Shown: positions 26,972 to 40,095 of the stretch, piece after piece
How positions within the stretch are numbered: the first letter of the stretch is position 1
Layout: every line of letters begins with the position of its first letter
Origin: Octopus sinensis
Lineage: Eukaryota
NCBI RefSeq assembly: GCF_006345805.1
Contig: NC_042999.1
Span: 82,088,001-82,152,000 of the forward strand
Direction of reading: 5' to 3'
DNA: 64,000 nucleotides
Notes under the pieces: model-generated
Seen by the model: only the letters and a program-made list of their open reading frames with translations
What the model was told of the DNA's origin: nothing
The model's database searches: none
Program-made: the position numbers and the translations under genes

Positions 26972-27571
26972 ATATATATGTATAAATATAATTCTGTGTA
27001 TACATGTATGTCAAAGAGATTACATATGTATGCGTTTGCGCAGGCACATGCAAAATGAACAAGCACATACACACTCATTGTTTTCAAAAGCATTAATTAA
27101 AAATATTAATTAAAAGTATTATTTAAAATCATTAATTTGGAACATTACTTAAACAGCAACGCAATTTTATGATTTAAATTTCATGGAGTTTATGATGTTT
27201 ATGATAATATAACCACGAGACCCAAAAATTACTTAAAAAGCGGAAACTCGAAGCAGCCATTTTCGTACACGACATTCACAAAAGTTTTCAAACGAAAGAA
27301 CATAACAGGTGTTTCCTTCAAGCTTTCATTTCATATTTAAGAAATATAAAAACACCGGATATTCAAAAGAAAACCTAGCTAGGTTTATCGTCTGTTGACC
27401 AGAAACGAGCAACTCGGAGTATTGGAAATCGGCCCCTCTCAGTTATATTGTATTAAAGAATACATTTCATTTGTATTGTGTCCTGTAAATCAAGAGAGAA
27501 TTATAATTATTTGTATATTGTTATGTATATCACTACACACACTTACTCACAAACACAACACACGTACATGC

Positions 27572-27574
<3 letters not shown>

Positions 27575-27606
<32 letters not shown>

Positions 27607-27682
27607 TGTATGTATGTATGTAGGTAGGTAGGTAGGTAGGTAGGTAGGTAGGTAGTAGGTAGGTAGGTAGGTAGGTAGGTAG
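27575..27682. repeat. (TATG)n-(TAGG)n compound tetranucleotide repeat
   Basis: Direct reading. Confidence 0.95.
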
Positions 27683-28078
27683 ATTGGTCGGTAGGTAAAC
27701 CAGAATATTTCTTCGCTCGTAAGACGTTCACGTTAGCAAATTCGTGTCATTTATGCGTGAGAATTACTATACGCATGATTTTGAGTGCGCACCCGTGTAT
27801 GTGCATGTGTGTGTGTGTGTGTGTGTGTGTGTCTGCATGTGTGTGTGTGTGTGTGTGTGTGTGTTTATATGTGAGATTGTGATGCTCATTTTCGTGTAGG
27901 GAATGTGATGTATGTGTGACCTAAACCGTAAGGCTTTCAGCTCAACATAGTAAGCTCATAGTTTCATTTCCTAGACAATTGATCCTGTATTTCACGCTAC
28001 TCAAAATTAACTCAGCTGTAAATAAGGCCCAGCAAGGCAATAATGCAACTCTATTTAATTATCTCTTTCTCTTTTCTA

Positions 28079-28081
<3 letters not shown>

Positions 28082-28153
<72 letters not shown>

Positions 28154-28210
28154 TTTCTCTCTCTCTTTCTCTCTCTCTCTCTTTTTCTCTCTCTCTCTCT
28201 CTTCTCTCTC
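28082..28210. repeat. (CT)n microsatellite
   Basis: Direct reading. Confidence 0.95.
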
Positions 28211-28753
28211 TCAAGTACCAGTTGAGCACTGGGGCTGATATAAACCACTTACCCCTTTCCCCAAAATACTGCCCTTGTGCCAAAATTGAAACTAAAAATT
28301 CCTAAATTTATAAACTTATTACAGTTTTATAAGCTTCATCATAACTATGATATTTTCCCGGTATTCATAGTTATTTAATTTTGGATATGAATCCAATCTA
28401 TGTGTATACTAAATCAAATGATGTTGAGCTTGTTATACTGTATGTTTTTGAGAAAAGCGATGCAGTCACCATTGCAAGGATCTTGTTTTAACTATTTCTA
28501 TTTTCATTTCTTAGATTGTAGGCGTCAGTTTTTCGTGATCAAATAATCAATAACCATTGGAAGTGTCACATTCCCTCACGAACAATGTTGTTATAAAAAA
28601 AAATGCCACGACAACTTAATTATATTTTGCGATACAATATGGAAAAATTCTGCAGCAAGACTAAAATCTACTCATCTTGGTAATACATGCATCTCTTTTC
28701 TTCTCTCTATCTCTCTCTGTCTCTGCCTCTCTCTGTCTCTCTCTCTCTCTATC

Positions 28754-28799
<46 letters not shown>

Positions 28800-28844
28800 T
28801 ATGTTATATATATATATAGAGAGAGAGAGAGAGATATGTTATAT

Positions 28845-28880
<36 letters not shown>

Positions 28881-29557
28881 ATATGCATGCTATATGTATA
28901 TTGATTAGGATTTCTAGTTGACCTAGTTGACCAGGTGTGAAAATTTTCATTTACAATGTCTTAAATGAGAAAATAGTTTAATTTTAGATATAGGGTTTCA
29001 ATTGATTATTTTCTATTCTGATAAGAATTGTATATGAAGAGGAAATGAGAGGAAGAATGTATTTACGTAAAACATAAAATTTCGTTTGGGGTAAAGGGAA
29101 CAAACTCTAAAGATTATTTAAAGGCGACAAGAAAAGATGGGGGTTAAATAAGAAGATGACAGTAAGGAATAGCGATGTTGATTTAGGCATCGTTTCCAGT
29201 GGAATTTCTGCGGAATTTATCGAAGTCAAAATAAAGTGGAGGGTATTTCGGAAAGTGAAATTTCATCAAGGAATTTGTGTATGTTTTAGGTTTTACGGTG
29301 TTTAGGTATTTACATTTTGATGACAATTATTCTTCGTGTGACTATTTTTGCATTTGTATGTCGATGGCTACTTTATTTCTATGTTGTGCGTATTCTACAT
29401 GAATACATTTGAAACAACGCAGATGCATTTTTTAAAAATATAATGAAAGGTTAACACAATGAAGTGGATAAATGTTAAAATACTGATCTAAGCTTACAGT
29501 TTCACAATTTCACGCACAGACACACAGACACACACTTAATATATCTATCTATCTATA

Positions 29558-29572
29558 TAGATAGATAGATAA

Positions 29573-29660
<88 letters not shown>
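29558..29660. repeat. (GATA)n microsatellite
   Basis: Direct reading. Confidence 0.95.
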
Positions 29661-29661
<1 letters not shown>

Positions 29662-29977
29662 CAGAGAGATATATCAATTAAATATAAGTATAGAATCTAT
29701 AAAAGATCTTATCAAGAAACCAGCGTGTAAAGCCAATTATGGTAAAAAAAAGGTTAATACTAAGTGTATAATTTTTATTTAAATACATTATTACATTAAT
29801 GACTGTTACTATAAGTAAAGCCACATGCTGGAAAGGGACGCTAAAATCAAACTACTTCATCAAATATACACGCACGCTGAAACGAGGAAATGAACAAAGA
29901 CAAAACGTATCCACTGAGCGTATAGGCTCTGTGGATACGTTGCGTTCATATGGTGTGTATAAGTGTTTATAGTTATA

Positions 29978-30044
29978 CAAGCAGCGACATCCGGCATTGC
30001 CCAGGAATGAAATTTTTCCTTATATATTGGAAGAAACAAGCATA

Positions 30045-30130
<86 letters not shown>

Positions 30131-31430
30131 CAATAATAGTAAATAAATAAACAAAATTACAAAATATACCACTTTTGGTAGGAGATAAATTCTACCACAT
30201 ATGTTGAAGGAAATTATAAAAGAGCTTCTGGGTAAACAACATTCTTTGTTTTCTGGTCCGGACCATAGACAAATAAGTGTTGCAAACTACCTACCCTGGA
30301 GCAACCAACATAAAGTTGTCCACGAGAAAAGCAAGCCAGTAGATTTCAAAGACTGCCCTTGAGCTTTGTTAATTGATATTGCAAAGCGAAGTTGCACAGG
30401 GAATTGTGCTCGTTTGAACTCAAATAGCATGTCTGTTGGTTTGATTGGAATTCTTGGAATGAAAGCCTCTTCCCCAGAGACACATCTATTGATGATGGTA
30501 GCTTCTGTAACTTTAGGTGGTAATGTCTTCACAATCAACCATGTCCCATTGCATCATTTAGGAGGATCTAAATTTCTTAGAAGCATTATTGGGACTCCTA
30601 ACTTCACAAAAAGTTTATGTGGAGGAGTTCCAGGTAGCTCAAGAGAATTAAGGAACTCTGTTAGTAATGAATAGCTTGATTTTCATCAAAGACTGAATTA
30701 TCTGATTTGTACTTTTTAATGACTGTTGTAATCTTATTCATTAATTCATGGTTAATCCTTGCTACTGTCTCATTTTTTGGCGCAAGAATTACCCTTTCGC
30801 AGCCATTTATGTGTATTATAATTATTACTTAATATCTTGTTCTTCAATTCAGCTGGGGAATTGATCATGATAGCAATATGAGCCAAAGTGATATCAGCAT
30901 TCCCATCAAATGGTACTTACTCATTTTCTAATTGGAGGAGCCAGGTTGAAAACTGTTTTGCACATTGGTCCGCATGTAATAAAGCACACACATTAGTAGT
31001 TAAGGTGAATTTCTGTACTTTATTCCATAGGTGTGAAGATTTAATGCATGGTTTTATTTCATCAAATCTTGATCGTCTCGGAATGACTGATAATGTCTGT
31101 CTGAAATCTCCTGATAAAACTGATGTTTATTGTTGCCTCTGATGTCCTGTAAAGTCTTACCAAGTGCTTCAATTGCACCTCTATGTGACATGGTGCATTC
31201 ATCCCAAATGATAAGGTGGCATCGGCACAACACTTCTGGTGAACCTCAATCTTTGCTTATGTTACAAATTGGACTGTCATTTGTGACCAGTTTTAATGAT
31301 AATTTCAAAACAGAAGGAACTGTTCGCCCCTTGGAGAGAAGCAATGTTACAAATGTTTTACCTGTACCACCAGGAGCATCAAGAAAGAAAATCCCTCTAC
31401 TTTTTTCTGGCGATTGTGGAACACTACAAG
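29978..31430 (-). mobile_element. Helitron relic with 3' terminus
   Basis: PIF1-type helicase relic, then on the minus strand a degenerate hairpin cctgggcaatgccgg (29991-30005) about 10 nt before CTTG|T (decayed CTAG). Confidence 0.8.
30214..31425 (-). pseudogene. Helitron RepHel PIF1-like helicase domain, disrupted
   Basis: FFLDAPGGTGKTF (Walker A), LIIWDECTMSH (Walker B), GDFRQTL, FKRAQFPVQLRFAISINKAQGQSLK, GQLYVGCSRVG, KNVVYPEALL*; deletions and stops. Confidence 0.9.
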
Positions 31431-32694
31431 CACACACACGCACACACACACACACACACACAGTATCAAACCTCAGATGAAATGGGCGTGTGTGTGTGAA
31501 AGAGAGTGAGTAAAAGGGTGTGCTGTCATGTATATGTACATGCATAAAGAAATAGGCATTCATCATTCTTGTGTGTGAGAGGGAGAGTGCCACTTAGACT
31601 TCATTCTTCCTCGATCTCACAAACACACACACACACATGCATAGAAAAAGTTGTACACATATGTATTTATGTGTGTACGTATACATAACAACACACCACT
31701 TTAAACAGATATACACATACATAAATGTATACAAACGTACATACAAAAACACACGTGTGTGTATGACACACTTGCGTGTGTGACTGGCTACAAATGTATA
31801 GAGCTGAACACTGCATGCAAAAGGGAAATATATTTTTAAAATTTTACGGAAATTAACGAAGTGTTTGAGTTCAGAAAGAAATGAAACCTGGAGAGAGAGA
31901 GAAAGAGAGGGTATGATGTGTATGTGTGTGTGAGAGAGAGAGAGAGAAAGAAAGAGAGAATATTACAAACAATGAATGAGATAAACGTGGAATGTAAAAA
32001 TCATATAAATAAAAGCACGTTAAAAAATATCTTGTACCAAATATTTAAGTTTGTAAACTACATAAATGTTTCTTTCAGTAATTTGTTGTAGTTGTTTACA
32101 AATAGCGAACATTAAAATGGAGACTGAGAGACTGCCGTTTTTACGTCAATACCGGAAGTTGTCATTGAGACACATTTGTACAGATGTGTATCATAAATAT
32201 ATAGCAATATTTGATATTTTTAATTTTAAAAAATCAAATGAAGGCCGTATTATGTGTCCGAGGTCAAATTATTCATGCATCATAAGTATGGAAGTAATTG
32301 GTGAAGCCGTTTTCACGTGAAAAGTGAATATACACACATCTCTTTTTTATATATTTTAGATATTTCTGGTTATGTTTTCACTGACGAATTGAGAGCGAGT
32401 TACAGCGCTGACCATGAAATCGTTTTGATATGCAACTGAAAATATTTTCTTTGCTCGTCTCCTCGACTTCAGCGCGTGTGTATATTTGACAAAGTAGTTT
32501 GACTTAAGCGACTCTTTCCATCGTGTGGCTTTACTTATAGTTAACAGCCTTTAATGTAATAATGTATATATCATATATTTATAGAATTATATATGTATAT
32601 ATATATGCATATATGGATACATGCATGCATATTTATATATATATATATAGATATAGATATAAATATAGATATAATATAGATATTTATATATATT

Positions 32695-32770
<76 letters not shown>

Positions 32771-32780
32771 ATATATATAA

Positions 32781-33114
32781 AGGGGTAAAGACCCCCTTCG
32801 GTCATGAATGACCATGGGATTGCACCTAGAAAGTTACCCTCCTAGACACAAGTCCGGGCAAGGTTGTTTATGGAAGACCAACAGTCGCCCACGCATACCA
32901 GCCTCCCCTCTCCACGCCACCAGTGTTATCCAAGGGAAAGACAAAGGTCGATACAGCTTGGCACCAGTGACGTCGCAACTCATTTCTACAGCTGAGTGAA
33001 CTGGAGCAACGTGAAATAAAGTGCCTTGCTCAAGAACACAACACGCAGCCCGGTCCGGGATTCGAGCTCACAACCTCACGATCGTAAGCTCGATGCTCTA
33101 ACCACTGAGCCATA
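32781..33114 (-). mobile_element. SINE family C, young-looking full copy
   Basis: Minus strand gtatggctcagtggttagagc (A box), ctcgaatccc (B-box-like), ttcttgagcaaggcactttatttcac. Confidence 0.85.
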
Positions 33115-33933
33115 CATATATGTTATACATATATATACATATATATATATGTATGTATACCTAAATATATATACATATATACATATACATACATGTGCGT
33201 ATGCGTGTGTGTGTGTATGTGTGTGTTTGCGTGTGTGTTTGTGTGGGTGTGCGTGTGTGTTTGTGTGTGTGTTTGCATGTGTGTTTGTGTGTTTGTGCGC
33301 GCGCCTGAAAATCCTGTGTGTCTACAGTGATAGAATATCAAACGATGCAACTAATATGGGTTGTTTATATATTTGAAAACATATTTCGGGTTTCCGTTTC
33401 AAACGGCAGATGAAGACTCTGAGAAAGAGAAAACCATGTAAATGTTTTGTGTCCCGTTTTCATTCCGTTTAACACTAAACTTGAGTTCTAAGTCTAAACT
33501 CTGACATCTAACCTTGCCAAAATATTAATTCCTAACTATTGACCCTAAAACTTCACTCTTTTTTTTTTCTGTTTTTTTTTTTTTGTAATCATAATCTCTT
33601 ATGCTTAAAATAATTCTGATAGAAATATTTTAGGAACATTTCAGAAATGAAATTGTCAAGAAATTTCAGAGTAATAGAAAATGATAAATAATAAACAATT
33701 TGAAATTTTCCGTTGGAACAAAAACAATTCCTGCTGACACAATAATAAGGAAGTTTGAAAAAAAACCTTTAATAAAAAAGATTCAATTGTTGAAAACGGT
33801 AAAGTATTCAGCATCATTAATTGCTTAAAACTCTGTTAATACGCAGAAATATGCACAAATAAAAGTACGTTAGTTATACATACACATGCACACACACGCA
33901 TGTATGTATGCATGTATATGTACATATATATTA

Positions 33934-34094
33934 GCACTGGAGTGTGTGTGTGGTAGGAAGCTTGCTCCACAACCACATGGTTCCGGGTTCACTCCTACTG
34001 CGTGGCACCTTGGGCAAGTGTTTTCTACTATAGCCTCGGACCAACCAAAGCCTTGTGAGTGGATTCGGTGGACGGAAACGGAAAGAAGCCTTTC

Positions 34095-34191
<97 letters not shown>

Positions 34192-34430
34192 ACGTGTGTG
34201 TGTATATATGTAAGTCTTTGATGTTTGTGTCTGTGTTTGTCCCCCCAGAATCGCTTGACTACTGATGTTGGTGTGTTTACGTCCCCGTCAATTAGCGGTT
34301 CGGCAAGAAAGACCGATAAGAAAAGTACTAGTCTTACCAAGAATAAGTCCTAGGGTCGATGTATTCGATTAAAAGTGGTGCTCCAGCATGGCCGCAGTGA
34401 AATAGCTGAAACAAGTAAAAGAATGAAATA
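33934..34430 (+). mobile_element. SINE family A
   Basis: gtggtaggaagcttgctccacaaccacatggttccgggttcac...gaaacaagtaaaagaat. Confidence 0.85.
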
Positions 34431-34784
34431 TATATATGTATAAAGGCCAGTTTAGCAAAAATGTAAACATCGAGATCAAGCAAGATCTACTCATACGGGG
34501 AACATACAGAAACATGAAACACGACACATTGAGAGCATACTAACTTCATATTGGTATTCTAAGAATTAAAGAAGCAATCCCGTTAAAAAACACACCAACT
34601 GGCCAGATTGGAGCAATCTCAAGATTAATCAGCCGAAATTTCGAGGATGATTCGGTTCTTGTTGAAGATTAGAGACTTCGAATGTCCCGTCCGTGATTTT
34701 TGTATCGTCTATTTGAATGTGATTCGTTATTGTTCCATTTTGTATTTTTGTGTGTGTATATATATAAATATATATATATATATA

Positions 34785-35506
34785 TAATTTCAACAATTGA
34801 GGGTAAAATTAATTAATTAATCAATTTCACCAAGTATTCAGTATGCAAAGGGACCATTTAAGGCGAATTCAAATTATTACATTATATAAAAGGGCTTAGT
34901 AAAAGAAATTACTTTGCCGCATACTGAACTCATTAGAAATAGCAGCTAAAAAACTTTTTTAAAACTATTTCTAATACTTAAAGAAAACCTCTCTCATATA
35001 GTGTTTGCTCAATTCAACTCACGCAATACCCTCAATGTTGAAATTATAATTCATCTCTCTCTATATAATGCCGCGGACTTTACCGAAAAAAGCATAGTGT
35101 TTACTGATTTTAACCCACTGGTGGAAAGGGGAGAGCAGAAATTCTTCGCTTGCATTTTTGGGTTTGTTGGCACTGTTAGTTGGGAGCAGATCTTCAGAAG
35201 CGAGAGGAAGCCGAAAGGGTATGCTCCCACTTTCAGTGTTTTCAAATCCAACCAGGGAGTTCTGAGCTGATGATAGAAATGTCGTGTTGACTAATCTTGA
35301 AACGTACGTTCTCAAATAACCTTTGCACTTGATTTTTTAATGTCTCTACCCCCATATTTGCGTGAGTTGAATTGAGCAAACACTATATGAGAGAGGTTTT
35401 CTTTAAGTATTAGAAATAGTTTTAAAAAAGTTTTTTAGCTGCTATTTCTAATGAGTTCAGTATGCGGCAAAGTAATTTATTTTACTAAGCCCTTTTATAT
35501 AATGTA

Positions 35507-35513
<7 letters not shown>
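34785..35513 (+). mobile_element. Fold-back element FB2, copy 1 (PLE pLTR-like), flanked by (TA)n
   Basis: ~155-bp inverted arms 34871-35026 and 35358-35513; related copy at 63447-64000. Confidence 0.75.
35263..35314 (+). ncRNA. Minimal type I hammerhead ribozyme motif of PLE type
   Basis: tgag-CTGATGA(35267-35273)-stem II (aga/tct, gtc/gac)-GAAA(35299-35302)-c gtac g-TT-ctca; palindromic stem III loop, stem I tgag/ctca. Confidence 0.7.
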
Positions 35514-35554
<41 letters not shown>

Positions 35555-35559
35555 GTATG

Positions 35560-35800
35560 TATATTTGTATGTGTGTGTCTGTTGTTTGTCACGCCACCAT
35601 CACCACCCCACCACCATCGCTTGGCCAGCGGTGTTGGTGTGCTTATGTCCGCGTAACTTAGCAGTACGGCAAAAGAGAACGATAGAATAAGTACTAGGTT
35701 TACAAAGATTAAGTCCAGGGGGCGATTTCTTCGACTAAAAGCCGGTGCTCCAGCATGGCCTCAGTCAGATGACTGAAGCAAGTAAAAGAATAAAAGAATA
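35560..35800 (+). mobile_element. SINE family A, 3' half
   Basis: gtaacttagcagtacggcaaaagag...ccggtgctccagcatggcc...gcaagtaaaagaata. Confidence 0.8.
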
Positions 35801-37764
35801 GAAAAATCCGGATACTTACAGAAATACAACACACGTTTTTTTAATTAATTTCCAACTTATACCCTGGGTTTTCAATTGTTAGTCACCTCTTGTGCTCATT
35901 ACGTGTACGAATATTAGTCACCTATTTCATTCATGTGTGTCTGACTGAGTGTGTGCGTGTGTATGTGCGTGTGCGCGTGTCTGAGAGCCTGTGTGTATAT
36001 ACGTGTGCGTGTGTGTGTTTGCATGCATGTGTGCGTGGCTGTGTTTAAGTATTATCTAACAATACTGATGAAAACATATTCGATGCAAATATCTGATATT
36101 GTAATATTGTTGAAGCTGATTGGTCTTGTATGTAATGCACGATGTTTCAAAAAGCGGCTTACAATAGGCATATTCGTGTGGAAAGAAATCATTGAAAAAG
36201 AATATTCAAACCAGTTATAGCCTACGATATATTGGATCAAATACACTGAATTTGCATGATTTAGATACACAATTTATATTGCATCCAACTGTGGAATAGA
36301 AGCAAGTGTAACTTCATAAGCAAGAGAGGAAAACAACGAAATTTCTTGCTGATAAAGGTTCTGCATAACATCAAGATGTAGACCCCACTTAAGATAAAAT
36401 TAAAATAGTTCATGGATTTAGTTTACTGATTATATGGGGGCTTATTTTCTCAAAATAGACAGTGTAAAACTAATTTATGCTATTTAATTTTCTGCTAAAA
36501 ATAGCCGAAATATTAGTGTAATTTAATTTTCTGCTAAAAATAGCCGAAATATTAAATTAGGAAAATCGATTTCAATTTTAAGTTAACGCGGTATTTACCT
36601 CTCAATATTCTAAATTAAAGTATTTTTTCGAAGTTGAACTAGAAATATCATAGAAGAATTTTTATTACAAAAAAATCTTTAAAACGTCAAATATTTGGAT
36701 GGAGTCATTTAATCCATAATTTTAGGGGTCTGGGAAAATTGTTTTGTTATAGTCAGGCAAAGTGCTTTAACCTATGAATATTGCACTGTGTGACAATTTT
36801 TGGGGTTTTTTTCTGTTCAGTAAGTGTTATTTCTTAATTGCTGCTGTCTGTAAAATCGAAGGAAATTATTATTATTCTCTATAAACTTTGTGATCTGGGC
36901 ATCAATGTTTTGAATCTGACCTATTTTCCGTGATAGATTCAGCGATGAGTTGCTGGAACAGAAATATCGTTATAGCAAATATTTTGCTTAATACCACTTC
37001 AGCATGTCCCTTTTTAGCTGATAATATGTGCATCGTTGATCATAGCAGTAATAGTGGTGAAGTATCATAGCCATGTGCTGCGAGCGACTTTTTGGGATTT
37101 TGAATACATGTAACGAAAAACAAACTTTGAAGGAAATATTAACCATACTTCATATTATATATGGGAAAGCAAATAGGAAATAACGGTTGCTAGCAGAAGA
37201 CAAAAATCGTGTTACTCAGTGATATCAAAGAATAAGTTTAGAAAATAGAGAAAATTCGGCAGCAGTGCAGAACTGGCGCGTACTTTATTTACCCGGAAAG
37301 GGAATGAAATGTTAAGCTCAGAAGATTTGAACTTAGAACGTAAAGTGCTGGAACGCTTATTGTAAAAATCTATCCGACGTTCTAAGAATTCTGCCAGTGA
37401 GTTACCTTCTATATTCATACATACATACATACATGAAAATGAGTCAATCTGCTGACACATATTACATATACAGACGGTAAGTGGAACAGCATCCTTGTAC
37501 CAAGATCACTCTTATTGCATTGACTGGTACGGGATTATGGAAGGCATTTCCACAGTTTAACACACTTCAACGACGGGAAGGTGTTCCATGAATCTGGGTA
37601 ACAAAGAAGACAATAATGTCATTTTTTTTATTCTTAAAGGTAATTATAATAAATGTAAGTTTTTTATACACAATAAAATTTACAATCCGTAAAATATTAC
37701 AGTACCGTAAAATATTCATTTTCAGGATGGCGGTATCCTTGTAAAAGTTTTTGAAAGATAAATT

Positions 37765-38078
37765 GATCATGAATAACCATAGGATTACGCCTAGAAAGTT
37801 CCTCTTCGAGGTACAACTCTGGGAAAGGTTGTTTATGGAAGACCAGCTATCGCCAATACATACCAAATTACCCTCTCCATGCCACCGATGATGTCCAAGG
37901 GAAAGGCAAAGTCGGGTGAGGCTTGGCAGTAGCGACGTCACGACTCATTTCTTCAGATAACTGGAGCAATGTGAACTTACGTGACTTGCTCAAGAACTCA
38001 ACACACAGCTCAATCCGGAAATCAAACTCAATACTTCATGATTGTGAATCCGACGCTCTCACCACTGAGTCATGTGCC
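37765..38078 (-). mobile_element. SINE family C
   Basis: Colinear with 32781-33114 (ggttgtttatggaagacca, cttgctcaagaac, accactgag). Confidence 0.8.
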
Positions 38079-38113
38079 AGAAAATATTATTATTATTATT
38101 ATTATTATTATTG

Positions 38114-38654
38114 AGTGAGAGAGCAGTGAATGCCATCAAAGTGACACTGGGATAAAATATACCAGTATACCCATCACGGCTACCCGTCTGATAAAGGTAC
38201 ACTAGGCACATGCATCACAACCATATGTGCGCGACATAGTGATCTCATATCAAGATAAACAGCGCATGACCTTGCAGGTGGGGCCCAGTTAGAATTTTCA
38301 TCTGGTTGAGTAACCCATCCTACTCAAAAGGTCCCTGAATAGGGATTGCTTAAGGATGTTGAACGAAACACTAATGTTTCCAAAGGTGAATTATTCAAAC
38401 CTCTAAGGATTCCTTTCAACACACGGCTATTATGCTCCCCCACTACTTCTGCTCGTGATCAGAGATGCACATATCGTCAGCCACTAAGGGACATGCTCAA
38501 CTGGTTACGGTCAAACAACGGACAAGTAAATCTGTGGTATTGAGCAGAATATTTGCTGTAGCCCATCTTTTATACCAAGACAAAACAATGTACATGATTA
38601 TACTTCTAATCAGTTAAGATCAGAAGCCATGAGAGCTGGTACTGCATCAGGGCT
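38114..38654 (-). mobile_element. ~540-bp non-coding repeat embedded in (TAT)n
   Basis: Flanked by (TAT)n on both sides; 3' part repeated at 41041-41265; no recognisable ORF or tRNA head. Confidence 0.65.
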
Positions 38655-38655
38655 A

Positions 38656-38722
<67 letters not shown>

Positions 38723-38724
<2 letters not shown>

Positions 38725-39088
38725 TTTTGACTTTTACTTTGTTTTTGTACAAGTTGACTCCCAATCTCACCCAGAGACCTCAAGTTAGAAGATCAAGTTG
38801 AGTATTATGCCTAGGGTGTCATATGTTTGTTTTTACACATATTATTGTTCAAGAGAATGTTTAAGAAAATTGCAAGTTTGTTTTAAAATTTTAGGGTTTC
38901 CTGGTATCGGAGCTTGGTATGAATCAGACCCTTTTGCTTTCATTCGTAGGGCACCTATGACAACAGGTATTGTTTTACTCCTGAGATTCCACATTTTGGC
39001 AATTTCTGTTTCAAGATTTTTTATACTGGCTCAGTTTTTAGTAGGTCTTGACAGATACATTTATGTAGAAATTTCGACCCTTGTCTGA
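38723..39088 (-). mobile_element. R4/Dong-like LINE 3' fragment
   Basis: KLSQYKNLETEIAKMWNLRSKTIPVVIGAL (REL endonuclease C-terminal region); 3' end runs into (TAA)n at 38656-38722. Confidence 0.8.
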
Positions 39089-39104
39089 AAATTTGAAACC
39101 AAAA

Positions 39105-39290
39105 TCGACGAGCTGATAGAATCGTTAGCGCACCAGAGAAAATGTTTAGTGACACCCCTTCTGGCTTTATGTTCTGAGTTCAAATTCCACCAAGATCGAC
39201 TTTGCCGTTCATTATTCTGGGGTCCATAAGCTAAATACCAGTCACGAACTGGAGTCGAAAACTTCAGGCTTTGTGTGCCTATAGTATAAA
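39105..39290 (+). mobile_element. SINE family B
   Basis: gagctgatagaatcgttagc...gttctgagttcaaattccacc. Confidence 0.7.
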
Positions 39291-39472
39291 GGATTACTGG
39301 ATATTATATATTTGCGTATTGTTTACGCTTTCGATTCTGATTGTATTCGGAAGCAAACTTGACCGCCGGGAGATTTTTAATTGTAACGAATACGAGCAGG
39401 CATGACTGTAAGGAAATAATATCAAGAGAGGAAATGGACACAGATTAAGTAAGTAGTAGTAGTAGTAGTAGT

Positions 39473-39504
<32 letters not shown>

Positions 39505-39794
39505 AGCCGAGTGAGTAATAAGAAGCAGCAGGTGTAATAACAACTCAACAAGAATTACAACCTGCATAGCTATAATTATTGAAACGCCAACTGATTATCT
39601 CTGATCGTCCATTGACCTAGCCTGTATGGTATTAATATTTGCACTATTTAATTTCCTTCCTTTCCTCTTGTCATTTTGTGTTGGTAACATTCGTGTCGGG
39701 AGGTGGGTTTTCATAGTTTATTTCTGTATTACTCTAGCGTGTTTCATATATGTGTGTGTATATAACTGTATTGTACATATGTATAGATAAATAT

Positions 39795-39870
<76 letters not shown>

Positions 39871-39875
<5 letters not shown>

Positions 39876-40060
39876 TATATAGAAGGAGCTTCTACAGGAC
39901 TAGAACTGTTTCATTCAAGAGAAATCTTCCTGAAGATTTCTCTTGAATGAAACAGTTCTAGTCCTGTAGAAGCTCCTTCTATATAATAAATTAATTTTAC
40001 TCTGCTATGTATTGAGTACCTTATTTACTGTGGTTAACCCCGAATCAACCCGGGACCTAC
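39871..40060 (+). mobile_element. Fold-back element FB1, copy 2
   Basis: Perfect 59-bp arms (39871-39929 and 39932-39990) with a 2-nt spacer; same 3' tail as copy 1. Confidence 0.8.
39926..39972 (+). ncRNA. Hammerhead-like motif (FB1 copy 2)
   Basis: CTGAAGA 39930-39936; ttc-tctt-gaa; GAAA 39949-39952; cag/ctg; GTA; gaag. The stem I 5' strand here comes from the inverted arm. Confidence 0.5.
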
Positions 40061-40062
40061 AT

Positions 40063-40095
<33 letters not shown>

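Noticed and set aside
35181-35228. gggagca/tgctccc hairpin enclosing cgaaa, as a second hammerhead
   Set aside because: CTGAAGA is on the opposite strand to GAAA, so the core cannot assemble.
36482-36553. Short exact tandem duplication atttaattttctgctaaaaatagccgaaatatta
   Set aside because: Ordinary local slippage in AT-rich DNA; no further structure.
38530-38654. HDV-like ribozyme at the 5' end of the TAA-embedded element
   Set aside because: P1-, P2- and P4-like pairings exist, but L3 lacks the CC and there is no GG for P1.1.
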